Position numbers and translations under genes: made by a program. From positions 1 to 40,230 of the IMG/VR virus record IMGVR_UViG_3300023171_000004: a DNA stretch of 40,230 bases. One strand, given 5' to 3'. The notes below the pieces were generated by a model, which saw only the letters and a program-made list of their open reading frames with translations, was not told the origin of the DNA and did no database searches. Numbering within the stretch: the first letter of the stretch is position 1; each line of letters starts with the position of its first letter. This DNA comes from a virus. Below are positions 15,424 to 23,957 of this stretch, piece after piece.

Positions 15424-15757
15424 ATACCTATCCATTTTCAAATGCGTAATGGAATCAGATCCAAAACATGAATTTGAAATCTATCATAGCTCATTTGGGT
15501 TCATAGATTCAGAATGGGAGTGGTGCGAGGAGAAATTAAACAAACTTAAATCATTAAGGGACTCGGAATGTACCTCAGAGTTTCATAAAATAGCTGGCAT
15601 ACTGATTATGTATATCAGGTACCGATTAATAAACCCAGCGCCAAAATACAAATACCAGACACCACAATACAAACTTTCAGTTAATATGCCAACAAATACA
15701 GGCAACTGGATTGGATATAGGTTAGAGAAAATTGATATTTTTTTATCTGATTTTTGA
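15401..15757 (+). CDS. Hypothetical protein (start uncertain, 15401 or 15449)
   Basis: 118-codon ORF that ends exactly where the iteron region begins. Confidence 0.45.
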   Translation: MARTLRNKYLSIFKCVMESDPKHEFEIYHSSFGFIDSEWEWCEEKLNKLKSLRDSECTSEFHKIAGILIMYIRYRLINPAPKYKYQTPQYKLSVNMPTNTGNWIGYRLEKIDIFLSDF

Positions 15758-16086
15758 ACATTTGGACATTTGTGAACATTTGAAAACATTGATAAACATA
15801 TTAAAAACCCCGAAAACACTATGAAAAGTCCAAAAGTCCAAAATGTCCACTTTACTGAATATCGGTTAAAAAGAGAGGTTGAACATGTTATATATATACA
15901 TTATATATTAATTATTAATTAATATATATAATATAAAGTAAATAGTACATTTATATGGATTCACTAAATATTATTAAAACGCTTATATTTGGACATTTTG
16001 AACATTTGGACATTTACCGCAATAATCGATGCCTAGATATGATTAAACCCCGAAAACAAAAGTCCGCCAAAAGTCCAAAAGTCCAT
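15756..16086. repeat. Origin-of-replication-like region: two direct composite iteron blocks flanking an all-A/T palindrome
   Basis: Left block: five (G/A)AACATT units (15756..15800), AAACCCCGAAAACA (15805..15818), and AAAGTCCA x2 plus AAATGTCCA (15823..15850). Right block: three GRACATTT units (15991..16015), the same 14-mer (16045..16058), and AAAGTCC x3 (16057..16086). The centre is a 27-nt perfect A/T palindrome (15902..15928). Confidence 0.55.
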
Positions 16087-16091
16087 AACAT

Positions 16092-16304
16092 ATGAAAAGA
16101 ATAATAAATTGGATCGATGATCTACCAGAAGAATCACGGATAATGGCTAAAAGAAACATGGCTATAACACCTTATTGCAATCCGCTTGACATAGTCCCAT
16201 CATTACAATCTGCTTTGCTTAGAGCGTTTATATGGGGTGTTGGTCAAGGTGACTGTAAATACTGGAATGAAGTTTATCAAGGGAAAAATAATAGATTATT
16301 TTAA
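16092..16304 (+). CDS. Hypothetical 70-aa protein
   Basis: First ORF after the iteron region. No motif recognised. Confidence 0.55.
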   Translation: MKRIINWIDDLPEESRIMAKRNMAITPYCNPLDIVPSLQSALLRAFIWGVGQGDCKYWNEVYQGKNNRLF

Positions 16305-16305
16305 G

Positions 16306-16698
16306 ATGGAAACATTCAAGGTTATAGTTGCTGGAGGTAGAACTTTTAAAGATATGAGGTTGGCTTTTGAAGAATTGGATAGACTTCTTATCGATAAAGG
16401 AGAAACTGTAGAGATTGTTTCAGGTGGGCAATGTACTACTGACCCTAAAACAGGTAGAAAATATGGTGCTGATTATATCGGTGAAAAATATGCTACTACT
16501 TATAGACACTGTAAGCTAACTAAGTTTCCTGCTGATTGGAATACACATGGTAAGTCCGCAGGGCCAAAACGCAATAGACAAATGGCTGAATATGCTGATG
16601 CTTTAGTTGCTTTTTGGGATGGTAAAAGTCATGGCACTAAGAATATGATAGATTATGCAAAAGGAAAAGGTTTAAAAGTTAGAATAATCAGGTATTAG
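16306..16698 (+). CDS. SLOG-superfamily protein (DUF2493 / YspA-like)
   Basis: The start is trimmed to the ATG at 16306. KVIVAGGRTF...EIVSGGQ...GADYIGEKYA...FPADWNTHGKSAGPKRNRQM...ALVAFWDGKSHGTKNMIDYA matches the DUF2493 pattern. Confidence 0.7.
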   Translation: METFKVIVAGGRTFKDMRLAFEELDRLLIDKGETVEIVSGGQCTTDPKTGRKYGADYIGEKYATTYRHCKLTKFPADWNTHGKSAGPKRNRQMAEYADALVAFWDGKSHGTKNMIDYAKGKGLKVRIIRY

Positions 16699-16757
16699 TG
16701 TAATCTACTACTTATCAGTTAGTGCAAAAAATGCACATACTTAAAAACTATAATTAT

Positions 16758-17276
16758 ATGCCTAAAAAGAAAATATCCGCCCTCCAAGTACTTTCCCAAA
16801 TGGACGCTATCCAACGCCGCTTAGATGCTCCTTCAATACCACCTCAATACGTAGTCGGAACTAAGTACACAGAGAAGAATGCAAACGATATTGAGAAAGC
16901 AATAGAACGGTTTGCCAGGATAGTTGGGTTCCATGCCGAGCGTACCAAAACTCAAGGTAGGTTAATGGGAGCTACTTACAAGGATACGCCTAATGGAAGG
17001 CTAACGGTATCTAAAGAAAAATTCGTAACTTCGACCAGCAGGAAGGGGTCATCAGACATGAAGCTGCTGATTAAAGGTTCGCTTATTACTGCTGAAATAA
17101 AATTCGGTAAGGATACCCAAAAGGCTGATCAAAAGAAGTACCAGCAGGATATAGAACGAAATGGAGGGATATATGTTATATTCAAGACATTCGAGGATTT
17201 CTTGATATGGTATGTTGAAAGGTACGGCCGCCCACAGATAATGCAACAGGCTATTAACGATTTGAAGAATAAATAA
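16758..17276 (+). CDS. VRR-NUC-like PD-(D/E)XK nuclease
   Basis: The start is trimmed to the ATG at 16758. GSSDMKLLIKGSLITAEIKFGKDTQKADQKKYQQDIERNGGIYVIF fits D...ExK...Q...G of VRR-NUC domains. Confidence 0.6.
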   Translation: MPKKKISALQVLSQMDAIQRRLDAPSIPPQYVVGTKYTEKNANDIEKAIERFARIVGFHAERTKTQGRLMGATYKDTPNGRLTVSKEKFVTSTSRKGSSDMKLLIKGSLITAEIKFGKDTQKADQKKYQQDIERNGGIYVIFKTFEDFLIWYVERYGRPQIMQQAINDLKNK

Positions 17277-17277
17277 C

Positions 17278-17285
17278 TATATTTG
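17278..17285 (+). promoter_or_regulatory. -7 box TATATTTG upstream of the terminase genes
   Basis: Exact TAnnTTTG match 19 nt before the ATG at 17305, in the intergenic gap. Confidence 0.4.
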
Positions 17286-17304
17286 AACTTTACCAATCTT
17301 TACC

Positions 17305-17751
17305 ATGCAGGAAAACCATAAAAGATTTACGGATAAATATTTTGAGACTTTAAATGCCAAAGAATCAGCTATTTACGCTGGTTTTTCTGAGGACACAGCA
17401 AAACAACAAGGCTGGCAATTATTGCAGAGGGACGATATACAGGAATATCTAACAAAACTAAGGGCTGAATACACTCAAAAGGCTGGCATCACTAAAGAAT
17501 GGATTGTTGAAAGATTTAAGAATATATCTGACAGATGTGTTCAAGCTGAGCCAGTAATGATACCTGACGGGGATGGTGGCTGGATGGAATCTGGAGAGTA
17601 TAAATTTGATAGTTCTGGCGCTAACAAAGCTACTGAAATGCTGGGTAAAATTGCGGGTGTATTCGAGAAGGATAACAACCAATCTAAACCAGAAACAACT
17701 AACATCATCAATCTAGGCGGGGGAGTAGATCCGAATGCAGCTCCTGAATAA
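17305..17751 (+). CDS. terS: Terminase small subunit
   Basis: FTDKYFETLNAKESAIYAGFSEDTAKQQGWQLLQRDDIQEYL fits the Terminase_2 N-terminal HTH pattern. It is immediately upstream of TerL. Confidence 0.75.
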   Translation: MQENHKRFTDKYFETLNAKESAIYAGFSEDTAKQQGWQLLQRDDIQEYLTKLRAEYTQKAGITKEWIVERFKNISDRCVQAEPVMIPDGDGGWMESGEYKFDSSGANKATEMLGKIAGVFEKDNNQSKPETTNIINLGGGVDPNAAPE

Positions 17752-19039
17752 ACAAAACCATGCTGTTTATTACCTTAACGACAAGGTAACAGAGGAGATA
17801 CTTTATGGCGGCGCTGCTGGTGGGGGCAAGTCGGCCTTAGATTGCTTGCACCTTATCGAAAAGTGCCAGAAATACAAGGGTAGTCGCTGGTTGATGGGCC
17901 GATCTAAGTTAAAGACACTAAAAGAAACAACGCTAAACACTTTTTTTGAGTTATCATCTAAACTAAAAATATCAGATCAGTTCAAGTTTAATGCTCAAGA
18001 AAATATAGTTCACTGGAAAAATGGCAGCGATATTCTACTGAAAGATTTATTTCTATACCCTTCTGATCCAAATTTTGATAGTTTGGGTTCACTAGAGATA
18101 ACTGGTGCAGTTGTGGATGAGTGTAACCAAGTTGTATTTAAAGCGTGGCAGATTGTTAAGTCCAGGATCAGGTATAAACTGACTGAATTTGATATGATGC
18201 CTAAGATGTTAGGAACTTGTAACCCAGCAAAGAATTGGACTTATTCTAACTTCTATAAGCCATCAAAAGATGGTAACTTACCAGAGTATAGGAAATTTAT
18301 ACAGGCATTACCAACGGATAACCCGCACTTACACCCTACTTACTTGCAATCCCTTCTTAGGATGGATAAGAATAGTAAAGAGCGTTTGTATTACGGTAAT
18401 TGGGAATATGACGATGATCCTAGCGCGTTAATGACTATTGACCACATAAACAACATATTCACAAACACATTCGTTAGAACCGGGCAAAAATATATATCTG
18501 CAGATGTTGCAAGGTTCGGTAATGATAAAACGGTAATTGCTTTGTGGGACGGGTTAAGATTGGTTAAGCTGGTTATTCTGGAAAAGAAACCAACTACATG
18601 GGTTGCAAGGGAAATATCAGAATTAGCCAATGAATACGGGGTTCCTATGTCAAATATTGTAGTAGATGAGGATGGTGTCGGTGGCGGTGTAGTTGATCAA
18701 CTAATAGGGTGTAAAGGCTTTGTAAATAACTCTAGCCCTAAATACGGTGAGAACTTCGATAATCTTAAATCACAATGCTATTTTAAGTTAGCAGATATAG
18801 TTCGGGCCAATGAATTATTTATAGCTCCAATTAGAAATAGTGAGATAATCGCTGATATCATTGAGGAGCTTGAGCAGGTTAAGCAAAAGGATATGGATAA
18901 GGACGGTAAGAAAAAAGTAATAGGCAAAGACACCGTAAAAGAAATGATAGGCCGGTCTCCAGATATGTCAGATGTATTGATGATGAGGATGGTATTTGAA
19001 TTAGCACCGAGAGATAGCGAAGACTTCGAATGGTTCTAA
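17735..19039 (+). CDS. terL: Terminase large subunit
   Basis: Walker A YGGAAGGGKS and Walker B-like GAVVDECNQ. 434 aa, positioned between TerS and the portal gene. Confidence 0.9.
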   Translation: MQLLNKQNHAVYYLNDKVTEEILYGGAAGGGKSALDCLHLIEKCQKYKGSRWLMGRSKLKTLKETTLNTFFELSSKLKISDQFKFNAQENIVHWKNGSDILLKDLFLYPSDPNFDSLGSLEITGAVVDECNQVVFKAWQIVKSRIRYKLTEFDMMPKMLGTCNPAKNWTYSNFYKPSKDGNLPEYRKFIQALPTDNPHLHPTYLQSLLRMDKNSKERLYYGNWEYDDDPSALMTIDHINNIFTNTFVRTGQKYISADVARFGNDKTVIALWDGLRLVKLVILEKKPTTWVAREISELANEYGVPMSNIVVDEDGVGGGVVDQLIGCKGFVNNSSPKYGENFDNLKSQCYFKLADIVRANELFIAPIRNSEIIADIIEELEQVKQKDMDKDGKKKVIGKDTVKEMIGRSPDMSDVLMMRMVFELAPRDSEDFEWF

Positions 19040-19042
19040 CCC

Positions 19043-19072
19043 TTTGCATTTGTAAATTTATTGTTACATTTG
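19043..19072 (+). promoter_or_regulatory. Bacteroidota-type promoter (TTTG, 18-nt spacer, TACATTTG) abutting the portal start
   Basis: TTTG at 19043..19046 and TACATTTG at 19065..19072. The ATG at 19077 is only 4 nt downstream. Confidence 0.45.
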
Positions 19073-19076
19073 ATTT

Positions 19077-20465
19077 ATGCAAATAAAACAGTACTTAAAG
19101 GGAATTGCAGTAGCGGCGTTAAGTCCCGTAATTAAATCTTTTTCGGAGTCTTATCCTTACTACGGTGCTGGCATACAGATTCTATCAGGTGGTGGATTCA
19201 GTTATTCAACCTCTGGCATGTCCGCTTACCGGAATAAAATATTCTACACGGGCCAAAACCTTTTGGTAAGGAAATTAACAGAGGTTAAGTTAAATTTCAA
19301 TAAAGCCAAGCCGAAGTCGGGTCAGAAATTCGAAAAGTACTATTCTAAAGCAATATCGAACGAGCAAAGAGCGGCATTAAAAGCGAAGTCTTTAGATGAA
19401 TTGGCTGATCATGATTTGAATAAGTTATTCGACACACCTAACACTTACCAATCGGGTATTGAGTTAATGGTGGACTTTTGGCATAACTACGGATTCGGAG
19501 ACGGTTTCTTGTTCTTTGAATCTATGGATTCAGAATTGACCAGGAATACACAGCCTTATCGGGTTCATTCATTAAACAGAAACAGGATAACAGCGATAAG
19601 ATCAAATGACAGATTCGATACGATTGTTAGTTACAGATATACTTGTTGGAATGGAGATTGGATTGAAATACCTAAATCACAGATATTACACCTTAAACAT
19701 TGGAACCCAAATTTAAGCGATTTAAAGGGTTTAGGTGTTGATGTAATTGCAGGGATGGATATAGGTCTCAACCAGGCCAATTCAGAGGCTAAGGGAGCCG
19801 CATTTATTAACGGTGGGCGTGGCACTCTATTTAGTTCAGATGCAGATTTGAATACCGACGGTAAAATGGTGGGTAAATGGACGAAAGAGCAAAAAGAATT
19901 GATGCAGGCCACTATCGATAAAGATATGGTAGGCGCAAGGAATAATCAACGTATGTTAATGACTAATGGCTATGTAAACGTACAGGCATATGGTGATACG
20001 GCTGCAGAATTAGAGTTAAACTTATCACAAGAATCTGATTGGCAGAATATATTTGCTATCATGGGCATTCCGTGGGCGCTTACCCCTGTTGCATCTAAAT
20101 CAAGTGAGAATAGCATAATAGCAGGATACAAGGCGTTAGTAACAAACCTGATCATTTCAGAGTTACGAAAGTTCGATCAGAAGTTAACTCAGATCATTCA
20201 GCAATGGTGGAAAGGTGTAATTGCCTGTCACGATTTGACTGAATTTACAGAGCTTGCACCAGACTTAAAGTTAATGAAAGAGGTTTATGGAACTCCATCG
20301 TTAACAGAGGATGAAAGGCGTGCTATATTTGGTTATGATCAGATTGGAGGCGCTGAGGGAGGTGCTATATTGGTAGCATCGGGGCTTATGCAGTTGAAAG
20401 ATGTTATAGACCCTTTTGGCGATGTGCCTAATCCTGGTAGTGATAACCCGATAACAGAATTATGA
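19077..20465 (+). CDS. Portal protein
   Basis: 462 aa, directly after TerL and before the MuF-like gene. Called from size, position and general resemblance to HK97-type portals. Confidence 0.75.
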   Translation: MQIKQYLKGIAVAALSPVIKSFSESYPYYGAGIQILSGGGFSYSTSGMSAYRNKIFYTGQNLLVRKLTEVKLNFNKAKPKSGQKFEKYYSKAISNEQRAALKAKSLDELADHDLNKLFDTPNTYQSGIELMVDFWHNYGFGDGFLFFESMDSELTRNTQPYRVHSLNRNRITAIRSNDRFDTIVSYRYTCWNGDWIEIPKSQILHLKHWNPNLSDLKGLGVDVIAGMDIGLNQANSEAKGAAFINGGRGTLFSSDADLNTDGKMVGKWTKEQKELMQATIDKDMVGARNNQRMLMTNGYVNVQAYGDTAAELELNLSQESDWQNIFAIMGIPWALTPVASKSSENSIIAGYKALVTNLIISELRKFDQKLTQIIQQWWKGVIACHDLTEFTELAPDLKLMKEVYGTPSLTEDERRAIFGYDQIGGAEGGAILVASGLMQLKDVIDPFGDVPNPGSDNPITEL

Positions 20466-20593
20466 TCGAATTAGATGCATCATTGATTATGGAAGCGTTT
20501 AACGCTGGTATGGAAGCAGGGTTTATAATGGGTCAAGATACTAGCGAACTGGATACTGAATTGAAGATAAACGGAATAGAACCAGAACAATGA
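20462..20593 (+). CDS. 43-aa acidic micro-ORF
   Basis: ATGA overlaps at both ends (portal stop, MuF start). Hand translation starts MIELDASLIMEAFNAGMEAGF... Confidence 0.35.
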   Translation: MIELDASLIMEAFNAGMEAGFIMGQDTSELDTELKINGIEPEQ

Positions 20594-21423
20594 ACGAGTT
20601 TGATCAGGAGCGAATAGATTATGCTAAGTTTCATAGAACGGCTGAGAAACAATTGCTCCCGTTATTCCGTAAAGCATTAGCCACATCGGTACAACCCATA
20701 ATAGATTGGGTTAATCAATACGGCGTTGATGGTGTACCATATGAAATTCTGTTAAAAACAGATGTTTGGCGTTCAACTTATCAAAACGCTTTTAACCTTA
20801 TCGGTATGAAGTCGGCCCGCAAAGAGTTTTACAGACAAAGAACGTTAGATGGTCAAGCACAAGAAAAAGCAAGCGCCATAGAGTTTTTGGTAGATATATG
20901 GACTGGAATATTACGCGATTACGCATTGACATATACTTATCAGATTGAACGAGAATTGAATGATCGGACTAGATCAATAATTGAGCAAGCATTAGGGGAA
21001 ACAGGTGTATTGGAGATAGATAGAGAAGGTAGATTGCGCTTCTTTTTAACTAAGATCAAAGATGTATTGCAAAAACGTTCGCTTACCATCTCAAGAACCG
21101 AAGCCACAAGGACATCTAACTTAGGTAAAGAAATCGGCGCAAGGTCATGGATAAATCAGTCAGGAGAAGAAGGGTATAAGGTTTGGTTAGGACGGGTTAC
21201 TGGCGAGAGACCGACACACTTAGCTGTAAATGATACAATAATTGGTATTGACGACTATTTTACTGTTGGTGGCGAACAAGCTTTACGCCCTGGAGATATT
21301 AGCCTATCTGCGGATGAGGTCATAAACTGCAGATGTACACAGAGCATAATGTCTTCTATCCGCTACAACGCATATGTTAAGCAAGGGCGTATAGTTAACG
21401 GAAAATTAGTTGGAGCTAGTTAA
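20590..21423 (+). CDS. Head morphogenesis protein (Mu F / SPP1 gp7-like)
   Basis: SRTEATRTSNLG..., RPTHLAVNDTIIGIDDYF and the C-terminal INCRCT fit the Phage_Mu_F domain pattern. Confidence 0.8.
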   Translation: MNEFDQERIDYAKFHRTAEKQLLPLFRKALATSVQPIIDWVNQYGVDGVPYEILLKTDVWRSTYQNAFNLIGMKSARKEFYRQRTLDGQAQEKASAIEFLVDIWTGILRDYALTYTYQIERELNDRTRSIIEQALGETGVLEIDREGRLRFFLTKIKDVLQKRSLTISRTEATRTSNLGKEIGARSWINQSGEEGYKVWLGRVTGERPTHLAVNDTIIGIDDYFTVGGEQALRPGDISLSADEVINCRCTQSIMSSIRYNAYVKQGRIVNGKLVGAS

Positions 21424-21429
21424 ATTTAA

Positions 21430-21459
21430 TTTGCAATTCCGATTTAATCACTATATTTG
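21430..21459 (+). promoter_or_regulatory. Bacteroidota-type promoter (TTTG, 18-nt spacer, TATATTTG)
   Basis: TTTG at 21430..21433 and TATATTTG at 21452..21459, upstream of the protease/capsid genes. Confidence 0.4.
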
Positions 21460-21484
21460 ATTATTGTAACATTAATGATACATT

Positions 21485-21613
21485 ATGAGCGATAAATCGA
21501 AAGCATCAGAAAAGGAATTGCAGGAGACTAAACAAGTTGTTAAAGATCCTAAGTTAAAAAATGCAATCGAGGAAAAGCAGAAGTACATTAATAAAAAGCC
21601 AATCTGTAAATAA
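21485..21613 (+). CDS. 42-aa lysine-rich micro-ORF
   Basis: Hand translation gives MSDKSKASEKELQETKQVVKDPKLKNAIEEKQKYINKKPICK. The stop shares one base with the next ATG. Confidence 0.35.
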   Translation: MSDKSKASEKELQETKQVVKDPKLKNAIEEKQKYINKKPICK

Positions 21614-22473
21614 TGGTATTTAAATGTGTTGAATTTCCTGATCGTGAATTTGCTACAAAAGAAGCAATGTTCAAAGAACTCAAAAGCAATGAGGATAAAC
21701 TCATTGGCTTAAAGAAGGCTCAAATATACGAGGGCCGTATTAAAGGGCAATTTAGCTTTCTAAATCTTGATGCAAGTAAAATGTCATCTACTGTAAAGGC
21801 AAACTTTGATGTTAAAGATGGCTTTATTTATCCGGTGATCAGTACTACACGATTTATGGATAGCCATAAAGATGTTCATTTTGACGGATGTTTCACTAAG
21901 ACCAAAAACGAGCAGCAAGGAAAGGTGTACTATGCATTAGATCATAAGTTAGATTTCGCTAATGTTGCTGCGTGGCCTAAAGATGTAAATATGTTTACCG
22001 CTATGTTAGATTGGGCATTAGTGGGCAAAGATTATTACGGAGAAACAGAAGGGTTAGTATTTGAGATTGCTAAAAACAATGTTAGACCAGACGTATTAGA
22101 GGCTATTGAAGCAAAAAAAGCAGATTTCGAGAACTCTATCCGCATGGTTTATCATAAGATAAAGTTAGCCGCTAATTCAACAGACAAAGATTTAGCCGAA
22201 AACAAAGCCTATTTCGATAGTCGTGTTGAGTCTATCGCTAACAAAACAGAAGCCTATGAAAATGGCTATTTTTGGGGAGTAGAAGAATTGGGAATATACA
22301 GAGAAGGTAGCTTAGTTATAGCTGGCGGATCTAATTCTGCAACAAGTATTATATTATCAGAAGCCGACATGAACACTTCTGAAAAGCAAGACCCGCCTTT
22401 TGAGCAGTCTAAATCGGTGTGGGACGATTATATATCCCCAAAAGGTAACACAATGTTAGATTATTTAAATTAA
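21613..22473 (+). CDS. Prohead protease candidate (HK97 / S78-like), possibly with a scaffold function
   Basis: Located between the MuF and capsid genes. FMDSHKDVHFDGCF, ALDHKLDFANVAAW and ENSIRMVY loosely match the S78 His/Ser blocks. Confidence 0.5.
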   Translation: MVFKCVEFPDREFATKEAMFKELKSNEDKLIGLKKAQIYEGRIKGQFSFLNLDASKMSSTVKANFDVKDGFIYPVISTTRFMDSHKDVHFDGCFTKTKNEQQGKVYYALDHKLDFANVAAWPKDVNMFTAMLDWALVGKDYYGETEGLVFEIAKNNVRPDVLEAIEAKKADFENSIRMVYHKIKLAANSTDKDLAENKAYFDSRVESIANKTEAYENGYFWGVEELGIYREGSLVIAGGSNSATSIILSEADMNTSEKQDPPFEQSKSVWDDYISPKGNTMLDYLN

Positions 22474-22480
22474 AACGAAA

Positions 22481-23893
22481 ATGAAAAAAGTATTTATCCC
22501 TATTATGGGAGCGGGTTCTGCATCGGCATCAAGTTTTTTCAGAGCTAAACTATCTCCAAACGGAGGCGGTGAAGGTGAATTAACCGAAGCTCAAAAGAAA
22601 GAAGCGGCAGAAAAGTTTGTAAAAGACACAGCTATGAAAGCCGCAAAAGACGCTTTACCAGCATTCTTAAAAGCTGAGTTAGGTTCTGAGGAAGCTAAAT
22701 CTATCATCGAAGCAATCGCAAAAGAGTTAGTGAAAACTATCACTGTTGAGGATTTCGACGGAGAAGAAAAAGCGCTAAAAACCATTGTTAAGGCTTTACA
22801 AGAGCAACACGACAACTTAGCTAAAATGGTTAAGGATGGTGGCATCAATGGTTCTAAAAAAGGATCATATGTTGAATTTGTTGAGAAAAACATCAGCGAA
22901 AACCCTGGTACTTATGATGAGAAGAAAGACTCAGGTATTTCAGCTAATCGTAACTATCAAGCATCATTCACGGTAAAAGCACCTGCATTGATGACAACCG
23001 CCAACGTTACACCAAACGTAGCTGGAGGTTTCTCACCATTGTTCGGTAACTTTATAGACACTGAGATCGGTCACGTTCCAAAACCAGAAAACATTATCCT
23101 TCCATTGGTAACTGTACGTAACCAGCCTGGGACTGAAAGTATCTGGTACACTGCTCGTGTAAACGAAGAGGGAGACGCTGAGTTTATCGCTGAGGGCGCA
23201 TTGAAACCATTGGCTGATGCTGAATGGGCCACATACAAAGCCGCAATATTTGAGGTTGCTGTTAGGTGGAAATTTACTAAACGTTTAATGAACCATGCTC
23301 CGGCTGTTGTTTCAGATTTCCTGGAGCATGCTTACGAATTGGTTGAGCAAAAGATTGATGATAACTTGCTATCTAGCGTGGCTTCTGCTACTCAGTATGC
23401 AGGATTAGAGCAATCTGCTGCTGCGTTCATCGTGCCACCTCAATTAGCTGGATACTATACATTCGCGAATATCTATGATGTTATCAACGCAATGGCATCA
23501 CGTATCCGTTTATCAAACTTTAAAGGACAGTTAACCGCTGTATTGAATACTGTTTGGGAAGCTAAAATGATGGGTATTAAAGACGCAGAAGGACGTTATA
23601 TTACGCCTCCGTTTGTTACTCCTGATGGCCGTAAAGTTGGTTCTGTTCAAATCGTGTTTAGCAATAAAATCGATGATGACGGAATCTTGATCGGTGAATT
23701 GAGAAGGTTTAACGTTGTAATGGCCGAAAACGTACAATACGATGAAGGTTATGAGAACGATGATTTCTCTAAAAACTTAGTGTCTCGTAAACTTGAGGCG
23801 TTCTTAGGAACGTATATCAATCCTGCTTATGCTGGTTCGATCCTGTACGATGAGATTTCAAGTGTATTAACTGATATTTCTTCTGAGGTATAG
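22481..23893 (+). CDS. Major capsid protein (HK97-fold candidate) with an N-terminal coiled-coil delta-like region
   Basis: 470 aa at the canonical position, with a Lys/Glu/Ala-rich first ~110 aa. Ends in TAG and is followed by a hairpin. Confidence 0.8.
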   Translation: MKKVFIPIMGAGSASASSFFRAKLSPNGGGEGELTEAQKKEAAEKFVKDTAMKAAKDALPAFLKAELGSEEAKSIIEAIAKELVKTITVEDFDGEEKALKTIVKALQEQHDNLAKMVKDGGINGSKKGSYVEFVEKNISENPGTYDEKKDSGISANRNYQASFTVKAPALMTTANVTPNVAGGFSPLFGNFIDTEIGHVPKPENIILPLVTVRNQPGTESIWYTARVNEEGDAEFIAEGALKPLADAEWATYKAAIFEVAVRWKFTKRLMNHAPAVVSDFLEHAYELVEQKIDDNLLSSVASATQYAGLEQSAAAFIVPPQLAGYYTFANIYDVINAMASRIRLSNFKGQLTAVLNTVWEAKMMGIKDAEGRYITPPFVTPDGRKVGSVQIVFSNKIDDDGILIGELRRFNVVMAENVQYDEGYENDDFSKNLVSRKLEAFLGTYINPAYAGSILYDEISSVLTDISSEV

Positions 23894-23910
23894 TCTGTAA
23901 TCTGGGTTCT

Positions 23911-23934
23911 GGGGGTATTCGAAAGATCGCCCCC
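23911..23934 (+). terminator. GC hairpin after the capsid gene (partial terminator or mRNA stabiliser candidate)
   Basis: GGGGG (23911..23915) pairs with CCCCC (23930..23934). No T-run follows. Confidence 0.35.
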
Positions 23935-23957
23935 ATTCCTTTAAATAACTAAAGAAA

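Noticed and set aside
15583-15819. 78-aa - strand ORF overlapping the iteron region.
   Set aside because: Its 5' part is made of the GAACATTTG-type repeats and its 3' part is antisense to 15401..15757. It is an artefact of the repeats.
15756-16086. CRISPR array.
   Set aside because: The repeats are 8-14 bp, of several types, in both orientations and irregularly spaced around an A/T palindrome. They do not have the 25-40 bp repeat and spacer periodicity of a CRISPR array, and no cas genes are present.
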